A DNA stretch of 64,000 nt from Rhodothermales bacterium (lineage in GTDB: Bacteria; Bacteroidota; Rhodothermia; Rhodothermales; VXPQ01): NCBI GenBank assembly GCA_965223485.1, contig OZ244993.1:2089527-2153526 (forward strand), given 5' to 3'. Position 1 is the stretch's first letter. Each line of letters opens with the position of its first letter. Shown here piece by piece: positions 1 to 7,787 of the stretch. Position numbers and translations under genes: made by a program. The notes beneath the pieces are model-generated. The model saw only the letters and a program-made list of their open reading frames with translations, searched no databases and was not told where the DNA came from.

Positions 1-362
1 GCGCGGCGGCCAGCGTCATGAGCAGCAGGAGTCCGGTCCCCGCGCGCAGGACCAAAGGGAGGAAGGGAAGGGAAGGGGTGCGCCGGGCCAACCGGGTGCG
101 GCGTAACCGGGGGCATGAAGCGCGCGGTTTTCGGTTTTCTGGCGATTTCGGGGACGGATCGGGGGCTTGCGACATTTCAGGACCTTCGTTCATCGGCTGC
201 GGTGCGGGCAGGATACCTGTGTGCGCAATGTGTTTTGACAGAGAGGCCCCCCAATTCTCTGAGCCAGTAATTATACGGATGTTCCGCCCCTTCGCAAGCC
301 CGTGAACGGCCATGTCATGGAAGACCGCTTACACAGTTTACAGGACATGCCCGGACATAGTT

Positions 363-492
363 CTACAATTCATTGATAATCTCTTCCAATTGCGCAATAA
401 GCGGCGGCAAATCGTTGATAATCGTATTCCACAGCCTCAGTGGCGTAGAGAGACATATCCAGGAAACTCGCTTTAGGGAGATGCCTGCTCAT
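363..492 (-). pseudogene. HepT (DUF86/HEPN) toxin remnant with a large internal deletion
   Basis: The minus-strand ATG at 490-492 overlaps the mntA stop, as in coupled mntA-hepT pairs. It reads MSRHLPKASFLDMSLYATEAVEY (HepT-like N-terminus). A different frame then gives LWNTIINDLPPLIAQLEEIINEL* (typical DUF86 C-terminus, stop at 363-365). The roughly 80 aa in between, including the Rx4-6H HEPN motif region, are absent. Confidence 0.5.
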
Positions 493-703
493 ACTGTACC
501 TCATACGAAGCCAGAATATCATTCCTGCGAATGTAATTGCGGCTCGCTTCGATTCCCTTAAAGGTATGCATGTCTGCTTGCTTGCGAAGCAGTTCGCTCA
601 ATTCTCGTTCTATGCGAGCGATGCCAAACAAACCGATAGATTTGCCCGGTGCAAACTCCACAAGCACATCCACGTCGCTTTCGGGTGTGAAGTCCTCGCG
701 CAA
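473..703 (-). CDS. mntA: MntA-type minimal nucleotidyltransferase (antitoxin), 5' end separated from its start by the IS
   Basis: LALFGSVLREDFTPESDVDVLVEF is the GS...DxD nucleotidyltransferase core. The TTG at 703 is the first canonical start. The open frame with family-like sequence (FFRTISHARINIPRDEIASFCRRNHILRLALFGS) continues upstream to the IS boundary at 809. Confidence 0.7.
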   Translation of the reverse strand: MREDFTPESDVDVLVEFAPGKSIGLFGIARIERELSELLRKQADMHTFKGIEASRNYIRRNDILASYEVQYEQASP

Positions 704-852
704 GACCGATCCGAAGAGCGCCAGACGCAGGATATGGTTGCGTCGGCAAAAGGAGGCAATTTCGTCACGCGGTATGTTGATCCGTGCATGAGAAATGGTC
801 CGAAAAAACTGGACAGTTTTTCACGTGTTTTTAAGTGTACTGTCGCGTCGGG

Positions 853-1659
853 TCATGCTGCTTTGGGCAGCGGTTTTCGTTTGTAGAATACGTCGTCGGG
901 CGTTCGGTTGTCAAGTCCCTGGTGAGGACGCTCTTCGTTGAAGTAGCGCAGGTAGTCGGCAATCCCCTTCCCGGCCTCGGCCACCGTCTCGTACGCGTGC
1001 CGGTAGACCTCTTCCTGCTTGAGGCTGCGCCAGAGGCGCTCCACGTACACATTGTCGAGCCAGCGGCCCTTGCCGTCCATAGAGATGCGCACGCCGTGCG
1101 CCTTGAGCGCACCGGTGAACGCCTCGGAGGTAAACTGCGCTCCCTGATCGGTGTTGAAGACCTGTGGGGCGCCGTAACGGACAATGGCTTCTTCCATCGC
1201 TTCGACGCAAAAGGCGGCGTCCATCGTGTTCGATAGCCGGTGTGCGAGCGCCTTGCGGCTATGCCAGTCGATTACGGCTACGAGATAGAGAAAGCCTTTC
1301 GCCATAGGGATGTACGTAATGTCCGCCGCATAGACCTGCCGGGGTTTCGTCACCTTCATGCCTCTGAGCAGATAGGGATATATCTTGTGTCCGTCCCCGG
1401 GAGACGACGTGCGGCGCTTCGGGTAGATGGCCCGCAGCCCCATCAGGCGCATGAGGCGAACGACGCGGCTTCTGGCAACACGGATGCCGCGCGCCTCGAG
1501 CATGCTCTTGATCGTGCGCGATCCGCTCGTGGGACGCTCCATATAGAGCCTGTCGATCTCTTCCGTCACGGTAAGGTCCTCCTCGCCCTCGCCCCGAGGG
1601 GTGTAGTAGGCCGTCGAACGACTCAACGACAGGAGCCTCGACTGGCGAACCACCGGCAA
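853..1659 (-). CDS. IS3 OrfB, DDE (rve) integrase/transposase
   Basis: rve-type core: AADITYIP..LYLVAVIDWHSRK..FNTDQGAQFTS..ISMDGKGRWLDNVYVERLWRSLKQEEVY..NEERPHQGL. The frame stays open upstream to the slippery site. Confidence 0.9.
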   Translation of the reverse strand: MPVVRQSRLLSLSRSTAYYTPRGEGEEDLTVTEEIDRLYMERPTSGSRTIKSMLEARGIRVARSRVVRLMRLMGLRAIYPKRRTSSPGDGHKIYPYLLRGMKVTKPRQVYAADITYIPMAKGFLYLVAVIDWHSRKALAHRLSNTMDAAFCVEAMEEAIVRYGAPQVFNTDQGAQFTSEAFTGALKAHGVRISMDGKGRWLDNVYVERLWRSLKQEEVYRHAYETVAEAGKGIADYLRYFNEERPHQGLDNRTPDDVFYKRKPLPKAA

Positions 1660-1694
1660 GGCATGGGAGCGATCTATCCTCGCCCGGCGCTCGA

Positions 1695-2030
1695 CTATCG
1701 GTCTCGACCGAGCGCCTTCGATAAAAAATCCTTCTCCATCGACAACTCACCGATCTTCGCGTGAAGCGCCTTGATCCGGTCGTCACGCTCGTCCGGGGCG
1801 CCGCCGCGGCCTCGGGTGAACGCCTCCTCGGCGGTCTCCACCAGCTGCTTCTTCCAGGATTGTATCTGGTTCGGATGCACCTCGAAGCGCTCGGCGAGCT
1901 CCGCCAGCGTGCTCTCGCCGCGAACGGCGGCGAGGGCTACCTTCGCCTTGAACGAAGGACTATGGGTTCTGCGTGTGCGTCTTGACATGGGTCTCATCGG
2001 GTTGATTGTATCGGAACAAGGTCGCAACAC
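1695..2030 (-). CDS. IS3 OrfA, HTH transposase subunit
   Basis: [44 protein letters not shown] is an HTH motif, followed by a leucine-zipper-like tail. This is typical of IS3 OrfA. Confidence 0.85.
   Translation of the reverse strand: MLRPCSDTINPMRPMSRRTRRTHSPSFKAKVALAAVRGESTLAELAERFEVHPNQIQSWKKQLVETAEEAFTRGRGGAPDERDDRIKALHAKIGELSMEKDFLSKALGRDR
1722..1728 (-). other. Programmed -1 ribosomal frameshift heptamer T TTT TTA (orfA to orfAB)
   Basis: The heptamer fits the X XXY YYZ pattern in the orfA zero frame (gaT TTT TTA). A -1 slip reads [29 protein letters not shown].. directly into OrfB. Confidence 0.6.
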
Positions 2031-2454
2031 TACACCTTAAATTCCGCCAAAATCTGTCCAATCAACCCGAACCACCTCTATGCATGGGTCCACATCCTTA
2101 GATGGTTATCGATTATAGTGCGATAAAAAAACGCGATGTTCCATCCTCCCCAAAGCGCTTCCCGGCGCCGGGAAGCTTCCGGACGGCAGGTACCCCCCCT
2201 TGTGCATTTTTTGTTTGCATACATCAACATGGAAGAGTGCGGCGGGGCCGGCATCGCCGGACCCGCATCGATGTCATGCCGCATGTGGCGCCGCATGAAA
2301 ACGCCATGGCCGGTTCACCGGCCCTCCTCCGTTTTTCCTTGCATATGCCGTTATAAAACCGTAAAATCTCTCCACTATACATTTTACGAAGCGCGTCGTG
2401 CGCGGCGCTTTTCCGTTATCATTCCACCTGTTCATTCCCTCAGCCTGCAAGGTT

Positions 2455-4533
2455 ATGCAACTCCTTACCACGACGAAAGCACGGATCGTGCGCCGCTTTG
2501 CGCTTCTTCTTACGCTCGCCTTCGCCGTGAGCTTCGGCGCGCAAGATGCGCTCGCGCAGCGTACAGTCACGCTGCACCTGAATACGGCCTCGGCCCCGGA
2601 CACCCTTACCACCTTCCATGACGTACAGGTGCGGGGTTCGCTCACGGACGCGAATGGGCATATCGACGGCGAGGACGCGCTGCCCGACGGCAACGCCATC
2701 GACTGGAACGAAAACACCACGCTCCGGCCCATGAACATGGGAGGCGACTACTGGTACGTTTCCTTCCAGATCCCGGACGACAACGGCCTTGATTTCAAGT
2801 TCTATGCCGACCTGGTCAACCCGGACGATAACATGGGTGTAGCGTGGGAGGATGGAGACAACCACGTCATTGCTCCGGGCACGGGAGATGTCGAGATGGG
2901 CCTTCACTTTTTCGTAAAGGGCGGCGGGCAGGACTATGACTGGCGCCCCTGGGAGCCCGCGGGCGCGGATAGCATTGCGGTCTGGTTCCGCGTCTTTGCG
3001 AACACGGAAGCAGCGGGCGTTGTGGGATACGACCGTGCCGATATGATGCAGGGCGCTGAGGTTCGCGGCGACCCCGCCACAGGCGGTCCGCTTACCTGGG
3101 ACGCCATGACGGGCGTGAAACTCGCCAGAGAGAGCGACATGGACGCCCAGCCGGGCTACGATCTTTTCTCGGGCGTGGGCTACTTCCCGGCTTCCGCGGC
3201 AGGTATGGAGCAACAATACAAATTCGTCATAGGGGCGGATGGCTGGGAATCCTCCGACAACAGGATATTCGCCATCCCGGCCGCGGATACGACGCTGCAC
3301 TGGGTGTATTTTTCCAATTCCAATCCCGTCAAGGGTGCGCCCGTCGAAGGGTCCGTCATCTTTGTCGTGGACACCAAGCCGCTGAAGGACATAGGAGTAT
3401 TCGATCTGGCCCGCGGCGATTCCCTCGAAGTTCGGGGTGATTTCAATGTCTGGGGATGTGGAGACCCGACGATCTGCCAGCTCCTGCGCGTGCCCGGCAC
3501 GACGACCTTCGAGAACCCGGTCGTGCTTACGCTGATTCCCAATACCGAGTTGAGCTACAAGTTCTTCATCAATTTCAACGATGATAACTTCGAAAATGCG
3601 TTCGGCGTGACTACGGTGTCGCAGGGCGACGGCTTCGGCTGGGAAGAACCCATTACCCGGACGGGCGCGAACCGGAAATTCGTTTTCGGGGGCACCGCAG
3701 ATCAGGACCTCGGGATCCAGTACTTCAACGATATTGCGGACGGGAATATCATTCCTCCAGGCGCCTCTGTGGACCTCACGCTTAGCGTGGATATGACCTC
3801 GACGCTGAATCCTGTAACCGCCGATCCGTTCGATCCCTCTCGGGACTCTGTCGTGGTGAGTTTCAATGATGCTATCTGGCGATTCACCATGAACCTGCCC
3901 CGCGAGGGCGAAGACGGCTGGCGGGGTAGCCGGCTGTATCTGCTCGACGACGACGGGGACATGGTCTACAGCGCCACCGTAGCGATTGGAGGCGTCACCC
4001 GCAATGACATTCCGCTCGGTACGTACAGCGGCCTTCAGTACAAGTACCAGTACATCAACCCGGACGCCATGACGGAGAGCGGCGAACAGGGCGGCGGCTT
4101 CAGCGATCTGGGCCGGAACCGGGTCCGGTACATCGTGCCGAATGACGACGGGTCCTGGCCTGCCGAATTCGCATTCGCAACGGATATGTACCAGGAAGAG
4201 GGTTTGCTGCCGTACGAGGAAAATCCCGCCATCGTTGTTTCCGTGGAGCCGGTGGGCGCCGAACTGCCCGCGCAGGTGACGCTCGGCGACAACTACCCGA
4301 ACCCGTTCAACCCCGTCACCACTTTCGAGTACGCCATCGACCAGTCGGTCCATGTGACGCTCAAGGTCTATGACACGTTGGGACGCGAAGTAGCCACCCT
4401 CGTGGACGGCATCCAGCAGGCTGCGAACTACCAGGTGCGGTTCGACGGCTCCGGGCTGGCGAGCGGCATGTACCTGTACCGCCTCGAAACGCCCGATCAT
4501 GTGTTGACGCGGCGCATGATCCTGCTGAAGTAA
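2455..4533 (+). CDS. Secreted non-catalytic multi-CBM (starch/glycogen-binding-like) protein with T9SS C-terminal domain
   Basis: A signal peptide (..LAFAVSFGAQDALAQ) follows ATG 2455; the track start, GTG 2398, is also possible. There are four internally similar beta-sandwich-like modules (e.g. VQVRGSL..W..N..L.P...GDYWYVSF..DFKFY; LEVRGDFNVWG...LSYKFFI; GLQYKYQYI) reminiscent of CBM20/48 modules. I recognised no catalytic motif. The tail is a canonical T9SS CTD (NYPNPFNPVTTFEYAI..LYRLETPDHVLTRRMILLK). Confidence 0.7.
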   Translation: MQLLTTTKARIVRRFALLLTLAFAVSFGAQDALAQRTVTLHLNTASAPDTLTTFHDVQVRGSLTDANGHIDGEDALPDGNAIDWNENTTLRPMNMGGDYWYVSFQIPDDNGLDFKFYADLVNPDDNMGVAWEDGDNHVIAPGTGDVEMGLHFFVKGGGQDYDWRPWEPAGADSIAVWFRVFANTEAAGVVGYDRADMMQGAEVRGDPATGGPLTWDAMTGVKLARESDMDAQPGYDLFSGVGYFPASAAGMEQQYKFVIGADGWESSDNRIFAIPAADTTLHWVYFSNSNPVKGAPVEGSVIFVVDTKPLKDIGVFDLARGDSLEVRGDFNVWGCGDPTICQLLRVPGTTTFENPVVLTLIPNTELSYKFFINFNDDNFENAFGVTTVSQGDGFGWEEPITRTGANRKFVFGGTADQDLGIQYFNDIADGNIIPPGASVDLTLSVDMTSTLNPVTADPFDPSRDSVVVSFNDAIWRFTMNLPREGEDGWRGSRLYLLDDDGDMVYSATVAIGGVTRNDIPLGTYSGLQYKYQYINPDAMTESGEQGGGFSDLGRNRVRYIVPNDDGSWPAEFAFATDMYQEEGLLPYEENPAIVVSVEPVGAELPAQVTLGDNYPNPFNPVTTFEYAIDQSVHVTLKVYDTLGREVATLVDGIQQAANYQVRFDGSGLASGMYLYRLETPDHVLTRRMILLK

Positions 4534-4691
4534 CTTAATTACGCACACATCTCACAGATGTGAACCGGGCGCGGGTGGTGCGGACAGGTTGCCGAAAGGC
4601 AGCCTTCCGTGTCATCCGCGTTTCGGGTTTCAGGAGGTGCATCTTCGACTTCCGATTTGCTGATCCACAGGTCGCTATGCCCCCGTTCACT

Positions 4692-6284
4692 ATGTCTTCG
4701 CTCGCCAGAAAAGGTTGGATTCTTCCGGCACTGTGCGTCTTGCTTGCGGTGTGCGCCCTGATGTCTCCGGATGGGGAGGACCGCCACCACCACCACCGCC
4801 ACCACCACCACCACCACCAGGGCGGATACGACGATTTCCGGCAGGCCGGATACGGGGTTGCTCCGGATCGTCTTCCGGACCCCTTGCGCGGCAACGCCGA
4901 TGGCCGCCGCCGCCACGGGTACCCCACCGGCGATCCGGTGGTGCTGGGCGCCGATCTCTCCTACGTCAACGAGATGGAGGAGTGCGGCGGGGTCTACCGC
5001 GAAGGCGGGCAGGTGGTGGACCCCTTCGCCCTTTTTGCCGACCGGGGCGCCAACCTCGTACGCGTTCGCTTGTGGCACGCGCCTTCCAACCAATACAGCG
5101 CGTTTCTCGACGCGCAACGCACCATTCGCCGCGCCAAAGACGCCGGCATGAAGGTTCTGCTGGATTTTCATTATTCCGACCACTGGGCCGATCCCGGCAA
5201 GCAGGCGCCGCCCGCCGCCTGGACAGGGTTGACCACGGACATAATGCGGGATTCCGTCTATGCCTATACCTACCAGGTACTGGACCGCCTCGCGGAAGAA
5301 GACCTGCTCCCCGACATGGTGCAGATCGGCAACGAAATCAACCCCGGGTTGCTCCTTCCCTACGGCAGCCGTGCCCGCTGGGCGCAGTTGAGCAAACTCC
5401 TGAAGGGCGGCATCCGGGCCGTGCGCGACGCGGCCGGGCGTCACGGGACCCATATCGATGTCATGCTGCACGTGGCGCAGCCTGAACACGCCATGAGCTG
5501 GTTCACCGAGGCCGCCCGGGCGGGTATTGAGGATTACGATGTCATGGGCATTTCCTACTACAGCCAATGGTCGTCCGTCCCGCTGGCGGAGTTGTCAGGC
5601 AAGATCGAAGCGCTCGTTTCCTCCTTTGCGCCCCGCGATCTGCTGGTGGTCGAGGCAGGCTACCCCTGGACGCTGACCGGGGCGGACGGCGCGAACAACA
5701 TTCTGGGCCGGGATGCCCTGGAGCCCGGCTATCCCGCCACGCCCGCAGGCCAGAAGGCATACCTTATAGATATGACGCAGGCCGTATTCGATGGCGGCGG
5801 CGGCGGCGTAGTCTATTGGGAGCCCGCCTGGATCAGCACCTCCTGCTACACGCCCTGGGGCAGGGGATCGCACTGGGAGAACGCTGCGTTCTTCGATTTC
5901 AACGAGGACAACGAAGTGCTGCCGGGTATCGACTTCATAAATCATGCCTACGATTTCCCCGAAGGGCGTACAGGCCCGCTTCCCGATCCCCCCACATCCG
6001 TGGAGCGCGAGGAGCTGCCCGTTTTCGCGGAACTTTCAGGGAATTACCCGAACCCTTTCAACCCGCAGACGACCATCGAGTATGCGTTGCCGCGAGCGGA
6101 GGCGGTGCGGCTTGCCGTGTATGACCTGCGGGGCAGGGAAGTAGCGCGTCTCGTGGACGGTATCCAGCAGGCTGCGAACTATCAGGTGCGGTTCGACGGC
6201 TCCGGGCTGCCGAGCGGCGTGTACCTGTACCGCCTCGAGACGCCCGGCCATGTGTTAACGCGGCGTATGATCCTGCTCAAGTGA
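4692..6284 (+). CDS. GH53 endo-beta-1,4-galactanase with His-rich linker and T9SS C-terminal domain
   Basis: GH53 blocks are present: GADLSYVNEMEECGGVY, NLVRVRLWH, LLDFHYSDHWADPGKQ, QIGNEIN (acid/base Glu context) and LLVVEAGYPW (nucleophile Glu context). The signal peptide (MSSLARKGWILPALCVLLAVCAL) starts at ATG 4692, inside track ORF 4560. The tail is a T9SS CTD (NYPNPFNPQTTIEYALP..LYRLETPGHVLTRRMILLK). Confidence 0.9.
   Translation: MSSLARKGWILPALCVLLAVCALMSPDGEDRHHHHRHHHHHHQGGYDDFRQAGYGVAPDRLPDPLRGNADGRRRHGYPTGDPVVLGADLSYVNEMEECGGVYREGGQVVDPFALFADRGANLVRVRLWHAPSNQYSAFLDAQRTIRRAKDAGMKVLLDFHYSDHWADPGKQAPPAAWTGLTTDIMRDSVYAYTYQVLDRLAEEDLLPDMVQIGNEINPGLLLPYGSRARWAQLSKLLKGGIRAVRDAAGRHGTHIDVMLHVAQPEHAMSWFTEAARAGIEDYDVMGISYYSQWSSVPLAELSGKIEALVSSFAPRDLLVVEAGYPWTLTGADGANNILGRDALEPGYPATPAGQKAYLIDMTQAVFDGGGGGVVYWEPAWISTSCYTPWGRGSHWENAAFFDFNEDNEVLPGIDFINHAYDFPEGRTGPLPDPPTSVEREELPVFAELSGNYPNPFNPQTTIEYALPRAEAVRLAVYDLRGREVARLVDGIQQAANYQVRFDGSGLPSGVYLYRLETPGHVLTRRMILLK
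4782..4817 (+). repeat. (CAC)n/CGC simple repeat encoding RHHHHRHHHHHH
   Basis: The run is cgc cac x4 cgc cac x6, in frame in the linker right after the signal peptide of GH53 copy 1. Confidence 0.95.
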
Positions 6285-6424
6285 TTGACTACGTGCATAT
6301 CTTTCGGATGTGACACGGGTGCGGGTGGTGCGGACAGGCTGCCGAAAGGCGCCTGTCTGTGTCGTCTGCGTTTCGGTTTTTTGAGCGCACCTTCAAACCC
6401 TGATTCGCCGATCCACCGGTCGCT

Positions 6425-7741
6425 ATGTCCTCGCTCGCCAGAAAAGGTTGGATTCTTCCTGTACTCTGCGTCTTGCTTGCGGCATGCGCCCTGATGTTTC
6501 CGGATGCGAAAGATCGTCTCCGGCTGGACCGGTACGATGGCTCCCGGCCGGACCGGTACGATAGCTCCCGGTACGACCATTTCCGGCAGGTCAGAGACGG
6601 ACGCGCTCCGTATCGTCCGGACCCCTTGCGCGGCAACGCCGATGATAGCCGCCGCCATGGATACCCCGCCGGCGATCCGGTGGTGCTGGGCGCCGATCTC
6701 TCCTACATTAACGAAATGGAAGAGTGCGGCGGGGTCTACCGCGAAGACGGGCAGGCGGTGGATCCTTTCGTCCTTTTCGCCGACCGCGGTGCCAACCTCG
6801 TACGCGTTCGTTTGTGGCACACGCCGCCCAGCCAGTACAGCGCCTTCCCCGACGTGCAGCGCACCATTCGCCGCGCCAGAGACGCCGGCATGAAGATTCT
6901 GCTGGATTTCCATTACTCCGATCACTGGGCCGACCCCGGCAAGCAGGCGCCGCCCGCCGCCTGGCAGGGGTTGACCACGGACATAATGCGGGATTCCGTC
7001 TATGCCTATACTTACAGCGTGCTGGACCGCCTCGCGGAAGAAGACCTGCTCCCCGAAATGGTGCAGATCGGCAACGAAATCAACCCCGGTTTTCTCTTGC
7101 CCTACGGCAGCCGTGACCACTGGACGCAATTGAGCAAGCTCCTGAAGGGCGGTATCCGGGCAGTGCGCGATGTGGTCGAGCATCGCCGGACCCACATCGA
7201 CGTCATGCTCCATGTGGCGCAGCCCGAACACGCCATGAGCTGGTTCGAAGAAGCCGCCCGGGCCGGCGTGGAAGATTACGACGTGATGGGCCTTTCCTAC
7301 TATAGCAGATGGTCGTCCGTCCCGCTGGCCGAGCTGTCAGGCAAGATCGAGGCGCTCGTTTCTTCCTTTGCGCCCCGCGACCTGCTGGTGGTCGAGGCGG
7401 CCTATCCCTGGACGCTGGCCGGCGCCGACTCTGCGAACAACATCCTTGATCGGGAGGTAGTGGCGCCCGGCTACCCCGCCACGCCTGAAGGCCAGAAGGC
7501 GTACCTTATAGATATGACGCAGGCCGTCCTCGACGGCGGGGGTGGCGGAGTAGTCTATTGGGAGCCCGCCTGGATTAGCACCTCCTGCTCCACGCCCTGG
7601 GGCAAGGGGTCGCATTGGGAGAACGCTGCGTTTTTCGATTTCAACGAGGGCAACGAAGTGTTGCCCGGTATTGACTTCTTGAATCATGTCTACGATCTTC
7701 CCGAAGCGCGCAGAGGCCCGCTCCCGGACAGCACGCGGTAA
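6425..7741 (+). CDS. GH53 endo-beta-1,4-galactanase, tandem paralogue lacking the T9SS C-terminal domain
   Basis: It carries the same GH53 blocks as 4692..6284, with high identity through the catalytic domain. It has a lipoprotein-like signal (VLLAACAL) and ends ..LPEARRGPLPDSTR* without any CTD. Confidence 0.9.
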   Translation: MSSLARKGWILPVLCVLLAACALMFPDAKDRLRLDRYDGSRPDRYDSSRYDHFRQVRDGRAPYRPDPLRGNADDSRRHGYPAGDPVVLGADLSYINEMEECGGVYREDGQAVDPFVLFADRGANLVRVRLWHTPPSQYSAFPDVQRTIRRARDAGMKILLDFHYSDHWADPGKQAPPAAWQGLTTDIMRDSVYAYTYSVLDRLAEEDLLPEMVQIGNEINPGFLLPYGSRDHWTQLSKLLKGGIRAVRDVVEHRRTHIDVMLHVAQPEHAMSWFEEAARAGVEDYDVMGLSYYSRWSSVPLAELSGKIEALVSSFAPRDLLVVEAAYPWTLAGADSANNILDREVVAPGYPATPEGQKAYLIDMTQAVLDGGGGGVVYWEPAWISTSCSTPWGKGSHWENAAFFDFNEGNEVLPGIDFLNHVYDLPEARRGPLPDSTR

Positions 7742-7787
7742 TTCCGGTTTCCGCCGTCCCCTTTCTCCGGCACACCACCGGCTCCGC

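Larger units (their letters stand above)
810..2060 (-). mobile_element. IS3-family insertion sequence (1251 bp)
   Basis: It has imperfect ~30-bp terminal inverted repeats, TGGACAGTTTTTCACG..TTTAAGTGTA (810-840) and TACACCTTAAA..AAAATCTGTCCA (2030-2060), with TG/CA termini. It carries orfA and orfB with a frameshift site. I found no clean target-site duplication. Confidence 0.85.

Noticed and set aside
1-305. 95-aa plus ORF (18..305) and a possible leftward-running gene start on the minus strand (about 1-95, ..LVLRAGTGLLLLMTLAAA signal-like)
   Set aside because: The plus ORF is Arg-rich low complexity. The minus-strand fragment is too short (<35 codons in the window) to support a call.
2440-4548. 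702-aa minus-strand ORF covering the whole multi-CBM gene
   Set aside because: It is an antisense shadow ORF typical of high-GC DNA. Its composition is Arg/Gly/His/Val-rich and low-complexity, with no motifs. The plus-strand frame has a signal peptide, repeated modules and a T9SS CTD.
4535-4927. Minus-strand ORFs with WWWWWWRWWWW and VVVVVVAVVVV runs
   Set aside because: They are reverse-complement readings of the (CAC)n His tract, not genes.
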